From a virus (taxonomy: Duplodnaviria > Caudoviricetes), in IMG/VR virus record IMGVR_UViG_644736339_000001: a stretch of DNA of 64,000 bases; one strand, written 5' to 3'. A program made the position numbers and the translations under genes. Positions 20,401-31,470 of this stretch are shown here, one piece after another. Within the stretch, counting starts at the first letter, position 1. Each line of letters begins with the position of its first letter. Under the pieces are notes generated by a model. The model worked only from the letters and a program-made list of their open reading frames with translations, ran no database searches and had not been told where the DNA came from.

Positions 20401-20885
20401 GGCCATCGCGCACAACCCAACCGTGCTCGGCGAACGCGGCGCCCCACTCGGCGGGTTCCGGTTCGGACAGGTCGTTGGTGCGCCAGCCGCCCGCGTACAT
20501 GCAGGACGAACCAAAGCCGGACTTCTCACAGCGGATGCTGACCTCGTACACGCCTACTCCTTGATCAGACGCACTCGGGGACGGACACCTTCCCGGCCGG
20601 CATGATGACGAGAGTTTTGCCGGGCGGGCAGGTACGCGCGTTGGGATCGGTCGCGGCAACAAGCAGCACAACGCCGATAACCAGGGCTGCAGCGCCGACC
20701 AGCACCGCGGCGACGATCTTTGCGAGTGGGCCGTTCACGATCCGCTCAATCCGTCGCGTAGTTGTGCCCGACGGAACCGGGCGTGCTCTTCGGACGCCAA
20801 CCCAACCCGCAGCGCCTCCAACGTCTCCTGGGAAAGCGGAGCGTTGACCTTGTCGGCGTAACGCTGGCCGACGTCGTCGTCGTGA
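17432..20885 (-). other. Coupled small hypotheticals (19853-20551, 19170-19751, 18896-19189, 18678-18899, 18412-~18680, 17632-~18009, 17432-~17635)
   Basis: Start/stop overlaps, RBS motifs. Confidence 0.6.
18009..18410 (-). CDS. DUF6221-like protein
   Basis: IVAFSNARLDE...HNPARVLREVAAQRQ...VRLMAEPFDEHPDY. Confidence 0.7.
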   Translation of the reverse strand: MIDIVAFSNARLDEREQLARGVVHAVGADYDALMVAAGKALELGMVSLYWRNHNPARVLREVAAQRQQLAEHEHVPAVRQSDNHLYDFGCRTCHNDPDCGETLGFGWCKTVRLMAEPFDEHPDYDRYDPAWRI

Positions 20886-20903
20886 GCGTCCTCAGTCCCG
20901 CCT

Positions 20904-21812
20904 TCAGAAATTGCCATATGCCACCTGCCAGCACTTCAGCCCCAGGCGCCTCCATAGCGCGACCACCCGCGCCCGATCGTCCAGAACGAACCGCACGTTG
21001 TACAGGCCGCGCACGTGCGCATCGAACAACTCCGCCTTGACGATGTCGTCGCTGCGCCGGTCTCCCTCGGCCCGCATCCACAGCTCGTCATACGGCACCT
21101 GATGCGCAGCCAGCCATCGCTCGGTGTGCTTCCGGAACTCCGACTGGCGTCCCGACAACAGCACGATGTAGCCGTCGGCACGGTCGCACAACGCCAGGAC
21201 CCGAGCGACTTCCTCGTTCAGGAGGTCGGTCTCGCACAGGTCCAAGTCGTAGGCGCCGCGGCCGGCATGAATGGCCAACGTCCCGTCGATGTCACACAGG
21301 ACCGCAGGCGGCAGCGACAGATCGGGAACGTAGGGTTCGGGCACCGGCGTGTCGTTCAGCCGTTCCGGATGCTTCCACCAGCCGTCGCGCGTCGACTTCA
21401 GCCGCTCGGCCATGCTCCGGATCACGTCCTCGCCAACTGGACGCTCCCGCACCTTGTCCCGGCCGATGCACTCCTCAACGTCGACGCCGGTGAAGTCGTA
21501 CACGGCGAAGTCCGCGCGCCCGGCCACAACCCGCTTCAGTCGGTTCGGGATCCGCGAGACCAAGTGCGTGTTGTCGACCACAACGTCGAAGCCGCCGTCG
21601 ATCGCTGCGAGGACCGCGGCGTCCTGGACCGCGAGCACCGTCTCCTCGTGGTCCCTGCCGAGCCGGATGCGGCCGTCGTTCGCGTCGAGCATCAACCGCA
21701 GGTCGTCGAGATTCACGCGGCGCATCCGGCCGGCAGACTCGGCGACAAGCTGACGGGCGAGGCTGGTCTTGCCGCTCGCCGGCAGCCCGCAGGTGAGGTG
21801 GATTGTGGGCAC
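20904..21812 (-). CDS. Polynucleotide 5'-kinase/3'-phosphatase (T4 PseT-like)
   Basis: P-loop GLPASGKT, RVNLDDLR, VVDNT; HAD domain CDIDGTLA, LSGR, FVLDDR. Confidence 0.92.
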   Translation of the reverse strand: MPTIHLTCGLPASGKTSLARQLVAESAGRMRRVNLDDLRLMLDANDGRIRLGRDHEETVLAVQDAAVLAAIDGGFDVVVDNTHLVSRIPNRLKRVVAGRADFAVYDFTGVDVEECIGRDKVRERPVGEDVIRSMAERLKSTRDGWWKHPERLNDTPVPEPYVPDLSLPPAVLCDIDGTLAIHAGRGAYDLDLCETDLLNEEVARVLALCDRADGYIVLLSGRQSEFRKHTERWLAAHQVPYDELWMRAEGDRRSDDIVKAELFDAHVRGLYNVRFVLDDRARVVALWRRLGLKCWQVAYGNF

Positions 21813-21813
21813 G

Positions 21814-22944
21814 TCAGCCTTCCTCGTCGGTCACGAACGGCACGTCACCGCGCGGCTTGATGCTCTTCCACGCCAGATCGTCGATGTCGCGGCCGTCGTA
21901 CAGCCGGAACAGTGCAGCGCGGTGCTCGGACTTCATGGCCTGCTCGGCGAACGACTTCCTTTCTGCGGTCGGGCCAATCGCGTCGAAGTCCGCGCGGGCC
22001 GCAGCAACGTAGGCGTCGAACTCACCGCGCAGGCGGGCCGCGACCTGACGGACCCAGCCCGCGAACTCATCGGGCACAGTGTCGAACAGGACTGCGGGAT
22101 CCTGGCCGGACGCCAGAACCTCCCACACGGTGCGTTCGTTCGTGCCGGTGTACAGCTTGTGAAGGGCCAGGTAGGACGACAGTTTGATCTTTGCGCGGAT
22201 GCCGGACGTGAAGCGGATGACGTAGCCCTCGTCCTCGGTGCCGCCGGCGGTCCGCCCGTCGATACGACGGCTGTCCGCAGCCAGCACCTCCACCTCCCGA
22301 ACATCTTTGCCCAAGCCCCAGGACCGCACCACCGGACCGATCGGCGCCCAGTGCGCCGCCACCTTGGCCAGCGCCTTCTCGGCGCCCGTGGCCGGCTCGT
22401 ATGCGGCCAGCAGCACAAGGTCTTCACGCGCGCCGTAGTCGACGACGATCCGGTTCGCGGGGTAGATCGCCTCCGCGAGGTACGTCAGCGCGGGGTCCAG
22501 CAGCGACGTGTCCGCCGCGTCGAGACGGGCCTGCGCCCACGCCGACTGCTCGGAGGCGAAGCTGCCCTTGGACGCGGCGTGCCACCGGCCGTCGTAGTGG
22601 AAGGCGATAATTAGTGAGCCGTCCACTTTCTCGAAGATCTCGAACGGTTCGGTCGGGAGCGGCGGCGCAAAGTCGTGAACGCCATGCATCCCCGTCACGA
22701 AGATCTTCGGGAACGGCAGCGCTACTATTCGGCCCGTAGTGTCATCAACGATCAGTCCGCGACAGCACATCGTCACCGGGGTCCAGTGGTGCTCGTACTG
22801 GCAAGACTGGCCGTAGACGTACAGCGATAACGGCAGCGTCGGATGCTGCTTCCGCGTCACGAACTTCGCCTCGATCTCAGCCTGCAGATCCGCCGGCGAG
22901 AACAGGTCGTGCAGGTGCAGCGGGGAAGTGGTGGTGGTCGTCAT
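21814..22944 (-). CDS. T4 Rnl1-type RNA ligase
   Basis: CRGLI, PFPKIF, EKVDGS, ASKGSF, EAIYPANRIV, EGYVI, KIK. Confidence 0.92.
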   Translation of the reverse strand: MTTTTTSPLHLHDLFSPADLQAEIEAKFVTRKQHPTLPLSLYVYGQSCQYEHHWTPVTMCCRGLIVDDTTGRIVALPFPKIFVTGMHGVHDFAPPLPTEPFEIFEKVDGSLIIAFHYDGRWHAASKGSFASEQSAWAQARLDAADTSLLDPALTYLAEAIYPANRIVVDYGAREDLVLLAAYEPATGAEKALAKVAAHWAPIGPVVRSWGLGKDVREVEVLAADSRRIDGRTAGGTEDEGYVIRFTSGIRAKIKLSSYLALHKLYTGTNERTVWEVLASGQDPAVLFDTVPDEFAGWVRQVAARLRGEFDAYVAAARADFDAIGPTAERKSFAEQAMKSEHRAALFRLYDGRDIDDLAWKSIKPRGDVPFVTDEEG

Positions 22945-23020
22945 CGAGGGCTCCGATTCGCTCGGTTGATACACGGTCGCCGGGAACAGCGATAGAGGCA
23001 AATCGGATACCGGCGTGAGG

Positions 23021-23754
23021 TCAGCGGTGCTCGCGCTCGGCAACTCGCTCGGCCTCGAACGCCGCCTCCGCACACCGAGTTGCCTTCTCCAGCGCAGCCA
23101 CCGCCGCGGAGGTCAACGCGACGGCCTGCCGCAGGCTCGGGTCCTGCTGGTGGGCGTTGTTGTTCGCTGCGTGCAGCAACTTGAACACGGCCTGGGTCTC
23201 GGCGTGGAGGGTGGTGAGCTTGGCGGGGATGTCCATGGCAACCATTCTCACTCTGCGACAACGTCGGGATTTGCGAACTTCCCGTACAGCGCATCAGCCC
23301 GCTGTCGCGCCCCGTCGAACACGGCACACACCAGCAGCCGGCCACCTTCACTGCGCGCCTTGTCCATCGCGACGTCTTCCGCGGCGAGCGGCGAGTCGGC
23401 AAGGATCTGGTCGCAGAACCGCTGGCCGCCAGTGCGTTCATTCCAGCGCCGGTCGCGCGGGTCCTCAACCAACCCGAGCACCGTTCACGTGGCGATCTCA
23501 AGGCCGGGCACGTCAGGCTCGAGGTCTTCGGCATCGAGGTTGCGAACATCCCGGGGGTCGACGTACAGCGTGTACCGGTCGACGGAAACGACGGTGCCCT
23601 CGAAGACGCCGGCCACCCGCAGCACGGCGCCCTGCTCGGCGGCGAACATCTGCGCCAGGTCCTCGGCCGCGCGTGCCGACGTGGCCTGGTAGACCTCGCC
23701 CCAGCGTTCACTGCTGTGCGGCCAGAAACCGTAGACCGAGAAGTCCCGCATCAC
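23021..23754 (-). other. Three small hypotheticals (23485-23754, 23248-23481, 23021-~23236)
   Basis: Adjacent coupled ORFs. Confidence 0.6.
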
Positions 23755-24365
23755 TTGCGACCACTCCGCAGAGAGCCGCCGCCGCTGCTGCCGCTGCCGG
23801 ACTTCGACTTCACGGTCGTGCTCGACTTGCCGCTACCCGAGCCGGAACTCCCACTGCTACCGCCAGTAGAGCCGCCCGTGGTTCCGCTGCGCAGGGATCC
23901 GCCGCCGACCTTCCCGGTGCTGCCGGAGCCGCTGGAGAACTTCATCTTCGCCGTGGTGCCGGTCACCGTCTTGCCGTTGCTGCCCTTGTAGGCGGCCTTT
24001 GCCGATGCGGTGGAGATCTGCGAGGAGTAGGTGGTGTGGAACGTGGTCTCGTGGGTGATGTACACGGTGCGGTGCGACACCAGGACGTACCGGTTGTAGT
24101 AGGTGGGGCTGGAGTAGTACGAGTAGTACTCCTCGTGCCAGTACAGCGGCATCGCGGTGGGAACCCAGCCGGCGGGGCACAGGCCGGCGGCGAGGAGCTG
24201 CTGCGCCTCATACGGATCGTCGTCGTAGTAGCAGTGGCCAGCGCCACCGATGACTTCGCCGTAGGCGGCGGGCGCGTAGGACACGGGCGTGGCGTGGGAG
24301 CAGCCGGCGAGGGCTGCAACGGCGATGAACAGCCCTGCGATCAGGGCAGCGATGCGACGCATCAT
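23751..24365 (-). CDS. Putative lipoprotein, Tyr-rich core and Gly/Ser/Lys tail
   Basis: MRR + hydrophobic stretch + lipobox LAGC. Confidence 0.75.
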   Translation of the reverse strand: MMRRIAALIAGLFIAVAALAGCSHATPVSYAPAAYGEVIGGAGHCYYDDDPYEAQQLLAAGLCPAGWVPTAMPLYWHEEYYSYYSSPTYYNRYVLVSHRTVYITHETTFHTTYSSQISTASAKAAYKGSNGKTVTGTTAKMKFSSGSGSTGKVGGGSLRSGTTGGSTGGSSGSSGSGSGKSSTTVKSKSGSGSSGGGSLRSGRK

Positions 24366-27300
24366 GATGTTCCTTCGTGGCGAGGGTTGGATGAAACGGT
24401 CCGCTGTACTGTCGGATCCAGCAAGTTGATCTCCGCGCGCAGTTCGAGCGCGGCTTCGCGGATGTCGGCCTTCGTGAACCTGCCGGGGAACCGCAGGATG
24501 TAGTCAATCTCGCGCATGCGCACGAGGGTGATCCGGTCAGGCATCGTCCGTCTCCTCGTCGAGTCGCCCGTCAAGCAGCGCCCACGTCCGGTAGATGTCG
24601 GGCATCGAGGTGACGGTCTCGCGGGCCTGGTACAGCATCATCGGATCGGACGGCTGCACGATCTCGTGGAACGGCGTTCCGGCCGCATGCATGGTGCCGC
24701 GCACGAACGCGGCCACGGTCATCTCCCGGACGAGCTTCGCCACCGCGAACGGCAGTGCATCGTGGCCGGCGTACTGCTCGAAGAACCCTGCGACATCGGC
24801 TTGGAGCGTTTCCCACGCTCGCTCGACCGCCTGGTCGCGCTGGTGTTGGCGGGCAGCGAAGTAGGCGAGCATCTGCTCGTCGACGTCAGGCATTGAGCAA
24901 CCCCAAGTGCCGCACCAGGAACGCCATCAACGCGTAGCCGTCCTCGGTCAGGACCCCGCCGGCACCACCACACGGGCACTTCAGGAACGCGGGCGGCTCG
25001 GTGTTCCGAAGCTCCAGCTCCTCGCCGGCGACCAGCGCCCGGCGAGTGCGACGTCGCTCGGCGTCATACCGCTCCAGCGCTTCGCGGTGCTCGTCCTCCC
25101 AGGCGCGGACTGCATCCGTGTTGTCGATGTAGCCGTCCCGGCAACCGGTGGTGCATCGGATCTCGGCCTGGGCCAGCAACTCAGTGATCGTGGTCATCAG
25201 GATGTCTCCTCGTTCAGGTACGCGCGTGCGGTTCGCACGGCCGCATCCCACTCCCGGGCGCGGTCTGGCCCGAAGGCTGCACGGGTGAGTTCGTGCAGGG
25301 CGGCGTTGTCCGCGACGGCGGCGAGCCAGTCCGCGACTGCGAATGCCACGCCCGGATGCCAGGCTGCGGCGTAGGTTCCGGCCGGGCCGCCAAGTCCGCT
25401 GTCGACGCCTTGCCGATAGGCGGTGATGTCGTCGGCGTTCGGGTCCCAGTAGTAGGGCTCAGCATCCATCTCGTCCAGGAGCAGCTGGGCGTCGCGGCGA
25501 ATCGCTTCAACGGCACGGCGCAGCAGGTTGGCGGGAGACTCAGGCATCGCCAACCTCCGTCACGGCCAGCCGGACAACACGCCCCTTGCCTGCGTCAACC
25601 TCGGCCTGGACGCCGTAGGGGAAGCAGACCCGGAACAGAACCTCGCGCGGGTAGATCATGACCGGCTCGGTGATGTCCATACCCATCCAGCCCCAGTGCG
25701 TTGCAGTCGGATCATCGTCGGAGACCTCGACAACATCCACCTCGACAATCGGCGCTGACACGCCGTGGAACTCGACATACCGACGGGAGCCCAGGTTGTG
25801 CAGGTCGCCGCTGTCGTAGCGGTGCGCAAACATACGCCAGGTGCCAGCCTCAGTACCGGACATGGTCGCTCCCGCAGTGTCTCTTGGCCGCGGCGCCGTA
25901 AATCACGGCGCCGGTGAACAGCACCGAGTCACCGCAGATGGTGCACGTCCACCGCTCGGGCGCGGCTGGTCCTGCCGGCGGGTCGAGTTCGACATTGTGG
26001 CCGAGTCGCTCCGCGCGTCGGATGGCCTCGGCGCGCATCGCCTCCGGCCAGTCGAGATCGTCCATGGGGCTACTCAGCATCAGGCACCGTCCCCACTAGG
26101 GTCGGTAAACCAGTCGGGCAGGTCTTCGAAGTCGATGCCGAGCAGTTCGTCCAAGCCGACCGGCATGGCGTCAAGAACGTCCTTGCATTCCCGCGCAAGA
26201 GCACGGGCTTCACGCAGGGTCTCGTCGGTTGCCGCCTTCACCGCAGCATCCCGCCACGCCAGCAGCTGCTCCGGCAGGTCCGTGTCCTCCACGGGCACGC
26301 CCTGCGGCCGGTCAAAGTCTCCGGCGCACTTCACCACGTAGGTGCCGCCGTCGCCGGCGTCCGCGAGGATCTCCAGCAGCTCCTCCTCGTCGCCTTCGCC
26401 GGGCCACACCAGCACGGCACGCACCTCGACGACCTCACGCCCGTGCACCATGTACCGGGTCGGAATCGGGTCGTCGAACCCAGGATCGGGCTGCATCTGA
26501 ATGAACCCGCCAAACTCGTGCCCTTCGTAGTGGGCGACGATGGCCTGGAGATCCTCCAGGACGTGCGTGCCGCTGAAGGTCCGCACGCGCGGCAGGATGC
26601 GGTCGGCGGTCCGGCGCACGGTCTCGGTGTCGCCGTCATCGCTGACAGTCCGCCTCTCCCGGATCTCCAGCTTCAGGTCTCGCAGCGCCGGTCCGGCCTC
26701 AATCTCGGACCAGGTCAGCGGCGGCGTGATTGTGATGGCACCGCTAAAGCGGTTGTCGTAGCTCATCGGCTCGGTCCTGAACTGTCGGCATGGCGTTCCA
26801 CCATGCGAGTCTTGATCTGACCGTTCGTGGGCTTCTCCCACGCGTGCCAGCCAGCAGCTTCGGTCCACTGCCGCGCGTGCTGGCTGCGGGCGATACCGCA
26901 CCAGCGGCAGCCCATCGGCGGGTACTTGGGGTCGGGGCGGGTGGGCATTAGTCGCTCACCGCCTGCGGCTTGCGGTACGCCCAGTGCCCGGTATCCACGT
27001 ACCGGCCGTTGCGGTTCACCAGGATTGACGTGCCACGGATCTTGCGCCGCTCGACTTCCTCCCACGTGTAGTCGGAGAAGCAGACGTCGACCGCCTTCTT
27101 CAGGGACTCCAGGTCCCAGAACACTTCGGTGTCGTAGACGGTGGCGCCGTCGAGGGTGCTGTACTCCCAGACCCACGGGGCGCCGGCCTCATCGCGAACC
27201 TTGTTCGCAACCGCGTACATCATCAGGCTGGTCAGAGCCTCGCCGTGCGTGGCGTTCATCGCCTCAACCGCGTCAACGACGTCCTGGCCGTTGCCGGTGA

Positions 27301-29087
27301 CGACGATGTCGTACAGCTCGGATGCACTGTGGGGAACGGTAGCCATCAGGCCTCACCGCCAACCCGCGCGATCATCGCACCGCGGTCCTGACGCAGCCGC
27401 TGCTTCAGCTCGTCCTGGTCGCAGGGCCGAACCCACACGCCGTCCGACCACTCCCAGAAGCCCGGCTCCATCTTCGGGTCCTGCTGGATGGCGTCGGACA
27501 GGGCGATCGCCGCGTCGAGGTCCTTCGTCTCGAACCTGCCGACGGAAGAGTTCGACGGGTCGCGTCCTTGGCCGAATGGCTCCCGGCCGAACGGGTCAAG
27601 CAGGACCATCAGCTCGCCGGGGTAAAACGGGTACCAGTTCGCCGGCTCGCCGTCGGCCAGCTTGTTGCCGCGGACTCCGTATCGTGACCCTCCGGTGATG
27701 ACGCAGAACGTCAGCGCCTCCAGGTCGAGGTCCTCGCAGTTGTTGAGGATGTACAGGATCTGGGCTGCGGTAGGGATGGGCATCAGGCTTGCACCTCGCG
27801 TTCGTCGTCGTGGCCGTCTTCGCAGTGCATGCACGGCGGGTAGGCAGTGGTGTGGCAGAAGCAGCCGGTGCACTTGACGAAGGCCGCGTCCATGTCGTAC
27901 TCGGGAGCCTCAGGCTCCGGCTCTTCGGCGGGCGCCTCATCTGCGCGCCGGTTCTGATCGAGCGCGTCGAGCGCGTAGCCAACGAAGAAGCCGTGTATGC
28001 CCTGGGCGTAGTACTCGGAGGTGCGCATCAGGACTCGCCTCCGTCCAGTCGGACCGGTACGGGCTTTGGGAAAATCTCGGGATCGACGGCGTGGCCCAAC
28101 TCGTCGGAGAAGACGAACCCGCGACCAAGGTCGTCATGCCAAACCTTGACCATGCGGACCGCTTGGATGCGGCCCTTGGCGTCGCCCAGTTGCGCTTCAA
28201 GTTCGCGGACGCGGTCGGCAAGTGCATGCACGTAGTTGTTCAAGCGCTCTACGGCGTCCATGGGCACGTCACCCGCGTTGCGAAGGCCAAGGGCAATCGA
28301 AGCCGCGCGGGCAGCCAAGGCTTGCGGTGCTGCGATAACCAGCATGGCTTCGTAGTCAGGATCGTTGGCCATCAGAACCGCCACCACCCGTCACGTCCTG
28401 GCGGGATGGCCGGGAAGTTCTCGAGCATCGGCTTCAGCAGCTCCAGGTACCGGGCGTTCTCTTCCGGGTCCTGGCCGGCGCACCAGAAGCTGGCGCCGTC
28501 CCAGCGGGCAAGGCACTTGGCGCCGTAGCGTCCGTCCTCGTACTTCTCCAGGAAGTCGGTGACGTCGCGCGGGGCAGTCCTGCGGAACCCGTCATCGAGG
28601 TAGCCAGCGCATGCCGCCGTCACGCCGCTTCTGCGCCGGAACCAGACCGCGTCGACCATGAACCACTCATCATGCTCGGCAAAGCGCTGGCGGAAGCTGG
28701 ACAGGTCGACCGCGTAGGGGCGGTGCGAGAGCACGAACTTGTCCTCGCGGCGCATTACGCACCCCCAGCCCGCGTCATCGGCCCGTAGGCGACAGCCACG
28801 TCGTTAGGGTCCGAGGGGGTGTTGGTCATGCGCATCACGCCGTCATCCCCGAGCATCCACGCGTCGCCATCAGCGTCACGCCAACGGGAGCCGGGCCGGC
28901 CGGGAAACTCGGGCACGGCCTGGTCGTCCAGTCGGGCCAGCAGCTCACGGGACACGGCGATCATCAGACTCAGCGCCGAACTCTTGGCCGCGATCTCCGG
29001 GTAGGGCAGGTTGAGCAGGGTGCGGATCTCGGCAAGCTTCTCGTCGCCCGCCGCATCGGCGGCAACGTGCTTGGTGTTGCTCTTCAT
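24362..29087 (-). other. Coupled hypotheticals (28755-29087, 28372-28755, 28028-~28372, 27783-28028, 27346-27783, 26948-27346, 26763-26948, 25850-26080, 25540-25863, 25197-~25547, 24886-25197, 24537-24893, 24362-~24544)
   Basis: Continuous chain of overlapping stops and starts. Confidence 0.7.
26080..26766 (-). CDS. DUF6205-like protein
   Basis: MSYDNRFSGAITITPPLTWSEI...HEFGGFI. Confidence 0.6.
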   Translation of the reverse strand: MSYDNRFSGAITITPPLTWSEIEAGPALRDLKLEIRERRTVSDDGDTETVRRTADRILPRVRTFSGTHVLEDLQAIVAHYEGHEFGGFIQMQPDPGFDDPIPTRYMVHGREVVEVRAVLVWPGEGDEEELLEILADAGDGGTYVVKCAGDFDRPQGVPVEDTDLPEQLLAWRDAAVKAATDETLREARALARECKDVLDAMPVGLDELLGIDFEDLPDWFTDPSGDGA

Positions 29088-29118
29088 CGTCTCTCCAGGT
29101 GTCGTCGGGTTCTGCTGC

Positions 29119-29200
29119 TGGTCGCCTCGCCGGGATTCGAACCCGGAACCTGCCGTCCCGCCGCAGTCCGGGGCGGATGCTCCGCTTGAGCTACGGGACT
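29119..29200 (-). tRNA. Degenerate tRNA or tRNA-like element, anticodon not assignable
   Basis: AGTCCCG-TA-GCTC AAGCG GAGC...CCGGG TTCGAAT CCCGG-CGAGGCG-A-CCA; acceptor 5/7 paired; irregular anticodon arm. Confidence 0.55.
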
Positions 29201-29227
29201 GTGGGCCGCGCGGGGCGGCCGGTGGAT

Positions 29228-29443
29228 CTAGAAGATCTTGAGTTCCTGGGCCGGGGAATCCTTGGCGGTCTTCACAAGCACCGCTCCGCCGTCGCGCATG
29301 ACCTGCTCGATGTAGGCGTAGAGCTGAAGAGCGCGATTGATCACGTCGGTCTTGCTGTCGCCCGTCAGGTCAGCGACCTGCTTCAGGGCGTGAGCTGCCC
29401 GCGGCGCCAGGTTGACCGTGACGCGTTCGAGTTCGGCGGTCAT
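29228..29443 (-). CDS. Ribbon-helix-helix (CopG-like) regulator
   Basis: RVTVNLAPRAAHALKQVADLTGDSKTDVINRALQLY. Confidence 0.8.
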   Translation of the reverse strand: MTAELERVTVNLAPRAAHALKQVADLTGDSKTDVINRALQLYAYIEQVMRDGGAVLVKTAKDSPAQELKIF

Positions 29444-31116
29444 CTCAGGACTCCTTCGGCGGCTTGCCCCAGCCACCGCAACGCGGCGACCAGATCGAGC
29501 CGTGCGGGTCGGGACGCTTCGTGACGCGCAGCCCGATGGTGCCGTTCTTCAGCACGCGCAGGCCTTCCCTGCCGCAGACGGAGCAGGAGCCGGTCTTGTA
29601 GGCGGGCATCAGGACTCGCTCCCGACCGGTTCCATCGGCCCGTACTCGCCGGCGAGGTCATCCGGGTCACGAGACGTGGTCTCGTCGTCAAGCAGGCGCA
29701 GCATGTTGTCGGCGCACAGCACCCACACGTCGCCCTCGTTGTCCCGCCAGCCGTCGCCCGGAATGCCGGGGTAACCGCCAGCCTGGGTAATCAGGCGGTA
29801 TAGGACCTCGTCCACTTGCGACGCAAACGCGCGGTGGAACTCGGCGGACTCTTTGTGCTTGGAGATCCACTCCCGGCTGCGCGTGGCCTTAGCTGCGTTC
29901 TCAAAGTAGGTGGCGAGGCTGACCGAGTTGTTCGCCATCCGCTCCAGCTTCTCGATCAGGTGTGCGGCAGCCTGCTCGGCGGCGGTGGGCGTAGTGGTGT
30001 CGGTCATCAGAACTCGCTCCCGTCCGGAACGACACTGACCTCGATCTCGTCGCGGACCTCGTCGTATGCGTCGCCCTCGTCGATGCCGACGATCCGGGTG
30101 GCGATGATGTCGGTGATCGCCTCGTCGAGCCACACGACCGCAAGGTCGGCGTGGTCTGCGGCGCCGACGTCACGCTGCCAGCGGGTGGCGAGGTTGTCGG
30201 GGATGGTGATGACGGCTATGGCCTTCATGGTCAGTTCTCCTTCGGCTCGGACACGAGGCGGTAGCCGCGCAGTCCGCGCTCGTCGTACTGGACTCGAGAA
30301 CGGCGTCCCAGGCCGGACGGGCTCTTCACGATCGCAAAGCGAATGCCATCGACCTCCAGGATCTGAACGGTTCGACCAGCACTGCGCGGGTCCTTGTCGG
30401 CCCAGATCTGGCCGGGGACGACCTTGATGGGCGGTTTGCGGGTGGTCATCACGCACCTTCGATCGGCGACAGCCCGAACACCGCGCGCTCAGCGTTGATC
30501 CGCTCGTCGTGGTCTTCCTGGTCCTCCTCGGCGATCGCCTGCGCGCACGTGCCGTCGTCGCCCATGAAGTCCAGGTCGCAACCGGTGCCGCAGTCCTGGC
30601 AGCCGAAGCCGGTACATCCGGGGGCGTCGCAGCCGCTGAAGTACAGCGGCTCTCCGCAGTCCTCGCAGGTGTCCGCGATGAAGGCGAGTCCGCTGGTCTC
30701 GTGGTCGTATCCAATGGGCATGGGTCAGTCCTCCTGTATGCCGCAAGCGGCTTCGATCTCGCTAAGCAGTGGCGTGATCTCGGCAAGCAGCGCGTTGATC
30801 CGCGCCACCTGGTCGGCGATCTCGGACGGGGCCTGGTCGGTGGGGATGCCGATCTCGGCGAGCGCGGTGAGGGCGGTGCGCTCGGACAGGATCAGCTGGC
30901 GAACGTCGGCGAGGGTCCAGGGGCGGGACATCAGGACTCGTCCTCCGTCCAGCCCCACTCGTAGGAGTTGGCAATGGCATCCTGGGCGTAGCTCGCGATG
31001 ACGTCCGTCCGCTCGCCGTCGGACAGGCCTTCAAGCTCGTCGTCAGGCACCTCGAACGGCTCCTCAACGCGCGAACCGTTCATGCCGGTGTGGACGTAGG
31101 CGGTGAACCTGGCCAT
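29440..31116 (-). other. Coupled hypotheticals (30931-31116, 30725-30931, 30449-30721 Cys-rich, 30231-30449 DUF6354-like, 30007-~30228, 29609-30007, 29440-29609)
   Basis: TGATG overlaps; PGQIWADKDPRS motif. Confidence 0.65.
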
Positions 31117-31145
31117 GGCCTCTCCCTAGCAAGTGCGGACGGTCC

Positions 31146-31230
31146 GTCAACTGAGTTGACACTTCTGAGTGTGCGCCGGATGCTGTTGAGTGTCAACCGA
31201 GTTGACGTGGCGGGTGTCTACTGGCTTGAC
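31146..31230. promoter_or_regulatory. Three palindromic operators GTCAAC-N3-GTTGAC
   Basis: GTCAACTGAGTTGAC 31146-31160, GTCAACCGAGTTGAC 31192-31206, GTCTACTGGCTTGAC 31216-31230. Confidence 0.75.
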
Positions 31231-31248
31231 GGTGATCAAGCTGCGAAT

Positions 31249-31470
31249 ATGAGGAGCGTGGAGGACGTGGCGATCAGGATCAGACGCCAGGCGGACAAAA
31301 ATGCCGCTGGCCAAGCAGCGCTTGAGCGACTCGTCCTCGAAGGACGGGAAGACGGCATGTCCCTGCGGGCAATCGCGGCCGAGGCCCGAATGACACCCGA
31401 AGGTGTGCGCAAGATGCTGAAGCGGCTTGATGAACAGGCCAAAGCGGAACCCAACGTGCCCGAGTCCTAA
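31249..31470 (+). CDS. Small HTH regulator, opposite to the main operon
   Basis: GMSLRAIAAEARMTPEGVRKML. Confidence 0.8.
   Translation: MRSVEDVAIRIRRQADKNAAGQAALERLVLEGREDGMSLRAIAAEARMTPEGVRKMLKRLDEQAKAEPNVPES

Noticed and set aside
23760-23940. Low-complexity GCC/CCG repeats here and at 39790-39920
   Set aside because: Explained by Gly/Ser-rich protein tails (lipoprotein, SSB linker).
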